The position numbers were made by a program, and so were the translations under genes. Shown in pieces: positions 56,273 to 64,000 of a stretch of DNA of 64,000 nt. The DNA is from Acidimicrobiia bacterium. GTDB taxonomy: Bacteria > Actinomycetota > Acidimicrobiia > Acidimicrobiales > Bin134. The DNA is taken from contig JAJEGM010000020.1 in the NCBI GenBank assembly GCA_022819825.1, forward strand, positions 6,053-70,052, in the 5' to 3' direction. The notes beneath the pieces are model-generated. The model ran no database searches. It worked only from the letters and a program-made list of their open reading frames with translations, and was not told the origin of the DNA. The first letter of the stretch is position 1. Each line of letters opens with the position of its first letter.

Positions 56273-57202
56273 CTATTCGACCGGCGGGCTCTCGATCAGC
56301 TCAACGCAAGTGCCGTCGGGGTCCTCGAAGAACAGCGCCCGAAGGTCGGAGGGAAGACCGGGGCCCATTTCCAACTCCACCGGCGGGGAGTAGCAGGCCA
56401 CCTCGGCGTCGACCAATGCGGCATAGTCCCTGTCGATGTCGTCGGTGAGCAGGGCCATCCGGAATATGCCCAGCTCATTGGCCTGCCGACGAGCGGTACC
56501 GGTGGGCCGGGGCTGCTTCCACTCCACCAAATCAAGAATGAACCCGGAGGGGTTGGCGTTGGGGGCGCCGATGAACCAGGCATCCCAGGCCACATCTCCG
56601 TCCACCCGGAACCCTGAGCCCGGCTGAGGCTCAGCCGGGCAAGAACGAATCCGAGCGTTCAGTCCGAGCACGTCGCAGTAGAAGTGGCGAGAGCGCTCCA
56701 GGTCGGAGCAATTGACGTTGACGTGGGCCAACCGTGTGTTGTCCGCCTGCACGAACTGCACCGCGGTCCCATCGGGATCAGAGCATAAGAAGAGCTCAGG
56801 AGCCGACATTCCCTCGACCCCGAGGTTGACCCGAGCCGGCGGCGACCACACGTCGTGTCCGGCCTCGGTGAGCCGCCGGTGCAAGCCGGCCAAGTCATCG
56901 GTGAGAATGCACAGCCGGCCGAAACCCAGCTCGGTAACAGATGCCGGCGGCGTCCCTGCTGGCCCAGGTACCTGCCACTCCAACAGATCCAGCACCACCC
57001 CATCGAGGGCATCGTCACCCGCCATGATCCAGGCGTCCCACTGCACCTCGTCCAACCCAAACGCCCCACCCGGCTGAGGCCGTTCCGGCTGGGTACGAAC
57101 CGTGGTCCGCAACCCCACCAGATCCCGATAGAACTCCAGCGACCGCTCCAGATCAGAGCAGTTCACATTCACATGAAAAAACCGCAGCGGTCCCACAGGC
57201 AT
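56273..57202 (-). CDS. Tandem-domain VOC/glyoxalase protein
   Basis: HVNVNCSDLERS and DPDGT each occur twice. Confidence 0.88.
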   Translation of the reverse strand: MPVGPLRFFHVNVNCSDLERSLEFYRDLVGLRTTVRTQPERPQPGGAFGLDEVQWDAWIMAGDDALDGVVLDLLEWQVPGPAGTPPASVTELGFGRLCILTDDLAGLHRRLTEAGHDVWSPPARVNLGVEGMSAPELFLCSDPDGTAVQFVQADNTRLAHVNVNCSDLERSRHFYCDVLGLNARIRSCPAEPQPGSGFRVDGDVAWDAWFIGAPNANPSGFILDLVEWKQPRPTGTARRQANELGIFRMALLTDDIDRDYAALVDAEVACYSPPVELEMGPGLPSDLRALFFEDPDGTCVELIESPPVE

Positions 57203-57348
57203 GCGGGCTTGACTACCACATCACAGGAGACCGCCTGAAACAGTCCTTCCCCTTCCTATCCCGCAGGGCAGGCGGTATCATGCAGAAAGCAAATCGGCAC
57301 CGCGGTCATCGTTGGTGCCCCTCAAAGTCCTTCTGAAGAGAGGGCCCT

Positions 57349-57594
57349 ATGGAAGCCCCCGTCGAAGCAACTTCGACTACCGAGTCCGAACACAGTCCCA
57401 GCAGTAACTCAGCCACCGGTACACCGTGGACCGACGAAGAACTCGAACTGCTCACCGCTGCGGAAGACCAAGAACTGGCAGAGGCCAGAGCTCGCGAAGC
57501 CCGCGGCCTAGAGCCTTACGAGAACTTGATCACCGCAGAGGACTTGCTGGCACGGGCCACCGAGCTACGAGCTATCCAAGACCCGACCTCCTAA
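57349..57594 (+). CDS. Small acidic hypothetical protein
   Basis: 81 aa; GAGAGG RBS-like sequence; fills the gap between two VOC genes. Confidence 0.5.
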   Translation: MEAPVEATSTTESEHSPSSNSATGTPWTDEELELLTAAEDQELAEARAREARGLEPYENLITAEDLLARATELRAIQDPTS

Positions 57595-57629
57595 GGCCCA
57601 CTAGATGGCCTGGCGCTATAGCGCAACGA

Positions 57630-58034
57630 TCAGCCCTTGATGGTGAGGAGTTCGAGGAGGTTGCCGTCGGAGTCGCGGAAGTAGACGGACTGGCCGCGTT
57701 CGCCGTTGCTGGCGGGGCGGGGGGCGGGGCCTTCGATGATCTCAACGCCGCAGTCGGCCAGGTGGGCCTGGGCTTCGGCGATGGTGCCGCCCCAGCGGAA
57801 GCACAGGTCTACCGAACCGGGGGTGGGCAGGCGGGCATGGGGAGATGCAGGGGCGGCCGCGGGGTGCACATTGATGCGGTTGGCTCCCACCTGCATCATC
57901 ACGATGGGCATCTTCCCGGCACGGAACTCCTCCAGATACATGGGCTCAGCCCCCAGCACTTCGCCGTAGAAGGCCACGGTGGCCACCACATCGGCCACGG
58001 TGATTGCTAGATGGTCAAATCCCTCAACGCTCAT
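57630..58034 (-). CDS. VOC/glyoxalase family protein
   Basis: FDHL, PGSVDLCF and SVYFRDSDGNLLEL motifs. Confidence 0.88.
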   Translation of the reverse strand: MSVEGFDHLAITVADVVATVAFYGEVLGAEPMYLEEFRAGKMPIVMMQVGANRINVHPAAAPASPHARLPTPGSVDLCFRWGGTIAEAQAHLADCGVEIIEGPAPRPASNGERGQSVYFRDSDGNLLELLTIKG

Positions 58035-58039
58035 AGTGC

Positions 58040-58786
58040 CTACCCTCGCATCGGGATGCCCGCGGTGGAGCCCCCGTCGATGATGTACTCGTGGCCAGTC
58101 TGGTACGACGAGGCGTCTGACACCAGATAGCAAGCCAGATCGGCCACCTCAGAGGCCACCCCGGCCCGACGCAGGGGCACATGGCCAAACAGCTCAGGGC
58201 GCCCGTGGCGGTCGGACGACAACATGGCGGTCTCGATCGGACCGGGGTGGATCGAATTCACCCTGATTCCCCTGGGTCCCAATTCGATTGCTGCCACCTT
58301 CGTCAGCCCCCGCACCGCCCACTTGGTGCCCCCATAGGCCGAATGGTGGGCGATTCCCTCCATGCCGGCGATAGACGAAATGTTGACGATCCCCCCACCG
58401 CCGGCCTCGGCCATGGAATCGGCCACACTCTGGATGCCCAGATAGGTACCCAAGTAGTTCACCTCCCAGATGCGACGCAGGCTCTCGGGGGTCTCATCGG
58501 CAATCGGGGCGGTCCAGTGGATGGCGGCGTTGTTCACCAGCGCCCGCAGCGGCCCCTGCTCCACCGCGGCGGCCACCACCCGGGCCCAATCCTCGGACGA
58601 GGACACGTCGTGGTGGAGATACACGGCCTGGTCGCCCAACTCGGCGACCACCGCCTCCCCCTCCTCGTCGAGCACGTCGCCCATCACCACGAACGCGCCT
58701 TCGGCGACAAACTTCCGGGCCTCGGCCTCGCCTTGTCCCCGGGCCGCCCCGGTCACGATCGCTACCCGTCCATCGAGACATCCCAT
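58040..58786 (-). CDS. SDR (3alpha,20beta-HSD-like)
   Basis: TGAARGQG, YGGTKW and NSIHPG motifs. Confidence 0.88.
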   Translation of the reverse strand: MGCLDGRVAIVTGAARGQGEAEARKFVAEGAFVVMGDVLDEEGEAVVAELGDQAVYLHHDVSSSEDWARVVAAAVEQGPLRALVNNAAIHWTAPIADETPESLRRIWEVNYLGTYLGIQSVADSMAEAGGGGIVNISSIAGMEGIAHHSAYGGTKWAVRGLTKVAAIELGPRGIRVNSIHPGPIETAMLSSDRHGRPELFGHVPLRRAGVASEVADLACYLVSDASSYQTGHEYIIDGGSTAGIPMRG

Positions 58787-58848
58787 GGCGAAGTTCTAGC
58801 CCAACGACCGCTCCTGCCACAGCGTTGGGCCGGGGATAGAGTGAATCT

Positions 58849-59223
58849 GTGGCGGCATCGCTGCTGGCAATCGCCATTGCACTCGCTCACGGGCTGTTGT
58901 GCGGATTCCTCATTGTAGGCGCCCCTCTGGCCGCCCACAGGCCCCGGCTCATGAAGTGGTACCTGGTCGCACTGGTGCCGACTGGCGTGGTGAATCTCAC
59001 CGGGCAGCCATGCCCGCTCACCGTTTGGGAGAAGCACTTCTGGCGCGTCGCCGGTGAGACTCCGTACCGAGGGGGCTTTATCTCCCAGTACTTCGTCGAG
59101 CCGTTTTTTGCACCCGGACTAAGGCCTGGTGACGAGACCATTCTGCTGTTCAGCGTGGTGGTTTGGTGCCTGTTTTGGCTGGGGTATTCCACCGTCTTGC
59201 GTCTGCGGCTGCGCAGCGGCTGA
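58849..59223 (+). CDS. DUF2784-like membrane protein
   Basis: CPLT.WE and GGFI..Y..P pattern; three TM segments. Confidence 0.75.
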   Translation: MAASLLAIAIALAHGLLCGFLIVGAPLAAHRPRLMKWYLVALVPTGVVNLTGQPCPLTVWEKHFWRVAGETPYRGGFISQYFVEPFFAPGLRPGDETILLFSVVVWCLFWLGYSTVLRLRLRSG

Positions 59224-59249
59224 CCTCGGTCCACCATTAGGGTGCGGCC

Positions 59250-60209
59250 ATGCCATACCCACAAGCAGTCTTGGACATCGCCGCTCGCATCAACAACTGG
59301 GGGCGCTGGGGTGAAGACGACCAGATCGGCACGCTCAATTTCCTCACCGATGAGGTGGTGAAGGAGGCGGCGCAGTGCATACGGACCGGCAAGCGCATCT
59401 CGCTGGCCTATCCCCTGCACAAAGACGGCCTCCAAACCGGCGTCATCCCCGGTCGGGTGAATCCGCTGAAAACCATGGTGTCGCTCAACCACGGCATGCT
59501 GGGCGACCCCGACATGTTCCACACCAGCGACGACGTGGTCACCATGGGACTGCAATGCGCCACCCACTGGGACGGGCTCTGCCACGCCATGTATGGAGGC
59601 AAGCTCTACAACGGCCACGACGCCTCCACTATCACCGAGTGGGGAGCGTCGGTGTGCGGCATCGAGCAGGTCAAGAGCCTCACCGGGCGGGGCGTGCTAC
59701 TGGACATCGCCAAGCTCCACGGGGTGGATGTGCTGGAGCCGGGCCACGCCATCGGCTACGACGACCTGACCAACGCGGCTGAGGCCCAAGGCGTCGAGAT
59801 CCGCACCGGCGACATCATCCTGGTCCGCACCGGTCTATTCGCATACGCCAAGGCCGGCGACCTGGACAATTACTACGGAGAGCCCATCCCCGAGATGGGG
59901 ATCGTGCGCTCCGCCGGCATCGGCGTGACCGCCTGCGAGTGGTTCTACGACAACAACATCGCCGCGGTGGCCACCGACAACATCGTGTTCGAGGTGCTTC
60001 CCTACGACCCGGCCTTCGAAGGGGCGATTATCGCCATCCACTGCCTCAACCTGGTGGACATGGGCCTCACCCAAGGCCAGAACTGGGATTTGGAGGAGCT
60101 GGCCGCCGACTGCGCCGCCGACGGCCAGTATGACTTCTTCCTGGAAGCCTCCCCCCAGCCCTTCGTCGGCGGCCTTGGCTCGCCGGTCAACCCAGTGGCC
60201 ATCAAGTAA
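59250..60209 (+). CDS. Cyclase/kynurenine formamidase family metal hydrolase
   Basis: NNWGRWG.DD..GTLN, Q..THWD...H and GSPVNP motifs. Confidence 0.9.
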   Translation: MPYPQAVLDIAARINNWGRWGEDDQIGTLNFLTDEVVKEAAQCIRTGKRISLAYPLHKDGLQTGVIPGRVNPLKTMVSLNHGMLGDPDMFHTSDDVVTMGLQCATHWDGLCHAMYGGKLYNGHDASTITEWGASVCGIEQVKSLTGRGVLLDIAKLHGVDVLEPGHAIGYDDLTNAAEAQGVEIRTGDIILVRTGLFAYAKAGDLDNYYGEPIPEMGIVRSAGIGVTACEWFYDNNIAAVATDNIVFEVLPYDPAFEGAIIAIHCLNLVDMGLTQGQNWDLEELAADCAADGQYDFFLEASPQPFVGGLGSPVNPVAIK

Positions 60210-60216
60210 CCCGCGA

Positions 60217-61815
60217 TCAGCCGACCGGCGGAGATTCCCGGAGGGCGGCGGCTTCGGCGCGCTCCTCTTCGGAGCGGATCTCTTGGCGAAGCGGGATCTG
60301 TCGTACCAACAGCGCGGCCAAGATTCCTACGGCGATGACCGGTGCTCCGAAGATGAAACAGCGACCCACCCCCACCGTGAAGGACTCGAGCACCGCGTCC
60401 ACTATCGAGGGATCTTGAATGGCCCGGATCTGCTGGGGGCTGCCCAACAGCTTGTCGGGATCGGGCAGGGCGGCCAACTGCTCGGGGGTGACCTTCGACT
60501 CCAGGGAGGACTGGAGTCCGTTGGCGTAGATGGCGCCCATGACGGCCGCGCCGATAGTGCCTCCTAGCGAACGCACGAAGTTGGTGGCCGCCGACACCAT
60601 GCCGATGTCGCGGTGAGGGCTGGCGTTCTGCACGACAAGCACCAACACCGGCATGGTCATCCCCAGCCCCAAACCGATTACGAACACCATGACACCCACC
60701 TGAACCTGAGTGGTGTCCCGGCCCAAGAACAAGGCCAATAGCGACATACCCACCGTCATGAGCACGGTTCCGAGCACGATGAACACCTTGTAGTTCCCAA
60801 ACCGGGTGAGCATCTTGCCCGACAACACCGACGTGAAGATGATGCCGATGAACATGGGCATCATGTTCAGGCCCGAACCGGTGGCGCTCACTCCCGACAC
60901 CACCTGCAAGAAAACCGGGATGAACAGCGTGGCCCCGAACATCACCAGCCCGATGAGCAGCATGACCACCATCGACCAGCGCACGACGTCGTTGGAGTAC
61001 AGCCGGGGAGGGAGGATCGGGTCGTCGGCCTTGGTCTCCCACCAGAAGAACGCCGGCAGCAGCACGGCCGACACCGCCAGGATCAGGGCCATCCCCGGCG
61101 ACGACCAGGCCAGCTGGTCTCCCCCAATGCTGAGGGCGATCAGCAACGGGGTGAATCCGGAGATGAGCAACCCCGCCCCCAACCAGTCGATGGGGCGGGA
61201 CACGACGTCGAGGCGCACGTTGAACAGCACCGCGATGGCCGCCATTGAGATCAGGCCCACGGGAATGTTCACGTAGAACACCCAGCGCCAGCTCAGGTGG
61301 TCGACAAAGAAGCCGCCGATGAGCGGTCCGGCCACGCTGGCCGTGCCGAACGTGGCCGCGATGTAGCCCTGGTAGCGGCCCCGCTCGTTAGGGGCGACGA
61401 TATCTCCCACGATGGCCATGGGCAGCGCCAGAAGGCCGCCGCCGGCCAACCCCTGCAAGGCCCGGAACAGCACCAGCTGCAACATGGTCTGCGACAGGCC
61501 GGCCAACGCCGAGGTGATGATGAAGAAGCCGATGGTGAGCTGGAAGACCAGCTTGCGGCCGTAGATGTCGCTGAGCTTGCCGATGATTGGCGTGGCGATG
61601 GTGCCGGTCAGCAGATAGGAGATGATGATCCACGCCACTTGGTCCTGGCCACCCAGTTCGCCGGCGATAGTGGGTACCGCGGTGGCCAGCACCGAGTTGT
61701 CCAATGCCGCCAGGAACATGCCCGTCATCAGGGCGATCATGATGATGTGGACTTGACGGGGGGCGAGCTCCTCCGGCTCCACCAACTCGGGATTGAACAA
61801 GCGGGCCATCAGCAC
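60217..61815 (-). CDS. MFS drug:H+ antiporter (DHA2, EmrB/QacA)
   Basis: [14 protein letters not shown] and WRWVFYVN motifs; about 14 TM segments. Confidence 0.9.
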   Translation of the reverse strand: MLMARLFNPELVEPEELAPRQVHIIMIALMTGMFLAALDNSVLATAVPTIAGELGGQDQVAWIIISYLLTGTIATPIIGKLSDIYGRKLVFQLTIGFFIITSALAGLSQTMLQLVLFRALQGLAGGGLLALPMAIVGDIVAPNERGRYQGYIAATFGTASVAGPLIGGFFVDHLSWRWVFYVNIPVGLISMAAIAVLFNVRLDVVSRPIDWLGAGLLISGFTPLLIALSIGGDQLAWSSPGMALILAVSAVLLPAFFWWETKADDPILPPRLYSNDVVRWSMVVMLLIGLVMFGATLFIPVFLQVVSGVSATGSGLNMMPMFIGIIFTSVLSGKMLTRFGNYKVFIVLGTVLMTVGMSLLALFLGRDTTQVQVGVMVFVIGLGLGMTMPVLVLVVQNASPHRDIGMVSAATNFVRSLGGTIGAAVMGAIYANGLQSSLESKVTPEQLAALPDPDKLLGSPQQIRAIQDPSIVDAVLESFTVGVGRCFIFGAPVIAVGILAALLVRQIPLRQEIRSEEERAEAAALRESPPVG

Positions 61816-61845
61816 TACCAGTCTTCGGCTACAACCTGCCCACCT

Positions 61846-63411
61846 TCAGATAGACCGGGTCTTGCCCTCCCAGTAGGGGTCCCGCAGGCGGCGCTTGTAC
61901 AGCTTGCCGTTGGGATCGCGGGGCATCTCATCAGTGAAGTCGATGGAGCGGGGCCACTTCTGCTTGGCGATCTGATCCCGGAGGAACTCCATGATGGCCC
62001 CCCGGGTGTCGTCGTCGGCAGCCACCCCGGTGGCGGGCTCGATGACCGCCTTGATCTCCTCGCCGGTGTCCTCGTTGGGAATCCCAAACACCGCGGCGTC
62101 GCCCACCAGCGGGCTCTGGAGCAGGGCGCCCTCGATCTCGGCCGGGTAGATGTTCATCCCGCCCACGATGATCATGTCGTTGGAACGGTCGTTGAGGAAT
62201 AGGTAACCGTCGTCGTTGAAGTAGCCCACGTCGCCCACGGTGAAGAACTCCTCCCCCAAGCGGGCCTTGTCGGTCTTGTCCTTGTCTTTGTAGTACTCAA
62301 AGGTCTGTCCCTGGGGCATCTTCATGTAGATGGTTCCGCTGGCACCGGGAGGCAGGCGGTTGCCGTCGTCGTCCACCACGATGACTTCCGATCCCGGCCA
62401 TGGGCGGCCCACCGTGCCGGGGTACTGGCGCCACTCGTCGGGGGGGATGTAGGTGCCGCCGCCCTCGGTGGCCGCGTAGTACTCCCAGATGCAGTCGCCC
62501 CACCAGTCGAGCATCTTCTGCTTGGTCTCCACCGGGCAGGGGGCGGCGGCATGGATCATGCGCCGCAGCGACGACACGTCGTAGCGCTGTTTCACCTCAT
62601 CTGGTAGTTGGAGCAGGCGATGGAACATGGTGGGCACCATGTGGCTCTGGGTGACCTTGTAGCGGTCAATGCGCTCCAGCGCCCCCTCGGCGGTCCAGCG
62701 GCCCATGAGCACCGCGGGATGACCCATGTGCAGCGACGTGGTGGTCCAGATGTTCACCGCGGTGTGGTAGAGCGGGGCCTGCGTGATGTGGACGTTGTCT
62801 TGGTGGGGCATGATGCCAAGCAGCATGAACAGCCCGCCGGAGCCGGCGGCAGACTCGTCGGGGTGGACACCGGGCAGAGCCCGACGCACGCCCTTGGGCC
62901 GCCCGGTGGTGCCCGAGGTGTAGAACATGAACGAGCCGGTGGTGAGGTCGTCGGGCCGGTTGGCAGGCTGGGAGTCAACCAGCTCAGCCAAGGGACGGAA
63001 GCCGTCGATGCTGCCCACTGAGAACCGGTTGGCGGCCGGCACATCGCTCTCCTCCAGCACCCTGGTGGCCTGCGCCGCGAAGTCTTCGTGGACTATGAAC
63101 GCCTTGGTCTCGCTGTCGTTGACGATGTAGGCGATCTCGGGGCCGGCCAGGTGCCAGTTCACCGTGGTGAGGTAGAAGCCCCCCTGGTAAGCGGCCAGGG
63201 AGACGGCCGTCTGCTCGATCCCGTTGGGCAGCACGGTGGTCACCTGATCGCCCACCTCAAGCCCAGCAGCCCGCAGACCGTGCACGATGCGGTTGGTCAG
63301 CTCGGCCAGCTCCCGGTAGGTGATCTCGTTGTAGTCGGGGTCTACCACCGCCAGGCGCTCAGGGTCAGCCTCGGCGATCTTCCAGAATCCCAGCACGTCG
63401 GTCTCAGCCAT
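61846..63411 (-). CDS. Acyl-CoA synthetase (AMP-forming)
   Basis: YTSGTTGRPKG, YAATE, VGD and PNGKL motifs. Confidence 0.92.
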   Translation of the reverse strand: MAETDVLGFWKIAEADPERLAVVDPDYNEITYRELAELTNRIVHGLRAAGLEVGDQVTTVLPNGIEQTAVSLAAYQGGFYLTTVNWHLAGPEIAYIVNDSETKAFIVHEDFAAQATRVLEESDVPAANRFSVGSIDGFRPLAELVDSQPANRPDDLTTGSFMFYTSGTTGRPKGVRRALPGVHPDESAAGSGGLFMLLGIMPHQDNVHITQAPLYHTAVNIWTTTSLHMGHPAVLMGRWTAEGALERIDRYKVTQSHMVPTMFHRLLQLPDEVKQRYDVSSLRRMIHAAAPCPVETKQKMLDWWGDCIWEYYAATEGGGTYIPPDEWRQYPGTVGRPWPGSEVIVVDDDGNRLPPGASGTIYMKMPQGQTFEYYKDKDKTDKARLGEEFFTVGDVGYFNDDGYLFLNDRSNDMIIVGGMNIYPAEIEGALLQSPLVGDAAVFGIPNEDTGEEIKAVIEPATGVAADDDTRGAIMEFLRDQIAKQKWPRSIDFTDEMPRDPNGKLYKRRLRDPYWEGKTRSI

Positions 63412-63477
63412 TTGCCCTCCAATCGGCGCGCGCTTGGAGGATGGTAGGCGCAGTCTGATGAGAGGCCGAAACCGTGC

Positions 63478-64000
63478 TTACATGCCGGTGAAGTCAGGGG
63501 GGCGCTTCTCCATGAAGGCGGAGATGGCCTCCACGTTGGCCGGCGCCCCCATCAGACGGGAGAAGGCGGCGTTCTCCCGCTCGCGTGCCAAGGCCACCCC
63601 GTCATGCCAGCCGTGGGTGATCAGCACCTTCGACTCCATCAGCGACGACACCGGCAGCGCGGCCAGCTTCTGGGCGTGCGCCATCGTGGTGTCCAGCAGC
63701 TCATCGGGAGGGCACACCTTCCAAACGAGGCCCATTTCCCGGGCCTCCTCCGCGCTGATCCACTCCGCGCTGAGCAGGGTCCACATGGCCTGCTGGCGAC
63801 CCAGTAGCAGCGGGAAGGTGTAGCTGCTGGCTGCTTCGGGGGCCACGCCCAAACTGGAGAACGGGCACCGCAACCGGGCCTCCGACGACATGAAGGCCAG
63901 ATCGGCGAACCCCAGCATCGTGGCCCCCACCCCTATGGCCAGACCGTTCACCGCGACGATGAACGGCTTGGCGAACGAGTCCATCTGGTCGATCATCCCG
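63478..64000 (-). CDS. Enoyl-CoA hydratase/isomerase (5' part beyond the window)
   Basis: AVNGLAIGVG, LGVAPE and AF.EKR.P.F motifs. Confidence 0.9.
   Translation of the reverse strand, partial: GMIDQMDSFAKPFIVAVNGLAIGVGATMLGFADLAFMSSEARLRCPFSSLGVAPEAASSYTFPLLLGRQQAMWTLLSAEWISAEEAREMGLVWKVCPPDELLDTTMAHAQKLAALPVSSLMESKVLITHGWHDGVALARERENAAFSRLMGAPANVEAISAFMEKRPPDFTGM

Noticed and set aside
1-64000. Numerous long antisense or alternate-frame ORFs (e.g. 27393-28706 +, 30208-31458 +, 42711-43904 +, 7788-8750 +)
   Set aside because: Shadow ORFs typical of high-GC DNA; they overlap motif-supported genes and have no motifs of their own
1-64000. CRISPR array, tRNA or rRNA
   Set aside because: No regularly spaced repeats or RNA-gene signatures seen, and the intergenic gaps are short

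Overview
GC-rich bacterial DNA, most likely Actinomycetota. The evidence is a mycothiol-dependent MDMPI, an F420-type LLM enzyme, ipdABC and many leaderless-type TANNNT starts; Acidimicrobiia is an inference only. About 3.3-20.7 kb is a defence island built on a minus-strand three-gene scaffold: SNF2 helicase with a DUF3883-type nuclease, DUF1156-type adenine methyltransferase, and Swt1-like HEPN-DUF499 ATPase (an R-M/BREX-related architecture). Cargo sits at every junction. A VapBC45-like TA and a complete SIR2-APAZ + short Argonaute (SPARSA-type) operon lie between helicase and methyltransferase. A frameshifted PIN TA lies between methyltransferase and ATPase, and a VapBC lies downstream. 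Further left, an XRE/Fic 'mobile mystery A/B' pair is bracketed by a synonymously diverged 39-bp duplication of the 3' end of a formate/nitrite transporter gene. The remaining ~43 kb is steroid/acyl-CoA catabolism (ipdAB, ipdC, ipdF, ACAD pairs, SDRs, CoA-transferases, thiolase-fold + DUF35, P450, ligases), plus two paralogous Cys-repeat lipoproteins. I saw no rRNA, tRNA, CRISPR array, integrase or transposase. All family calls come from motif recognition by eye, not from database searches.
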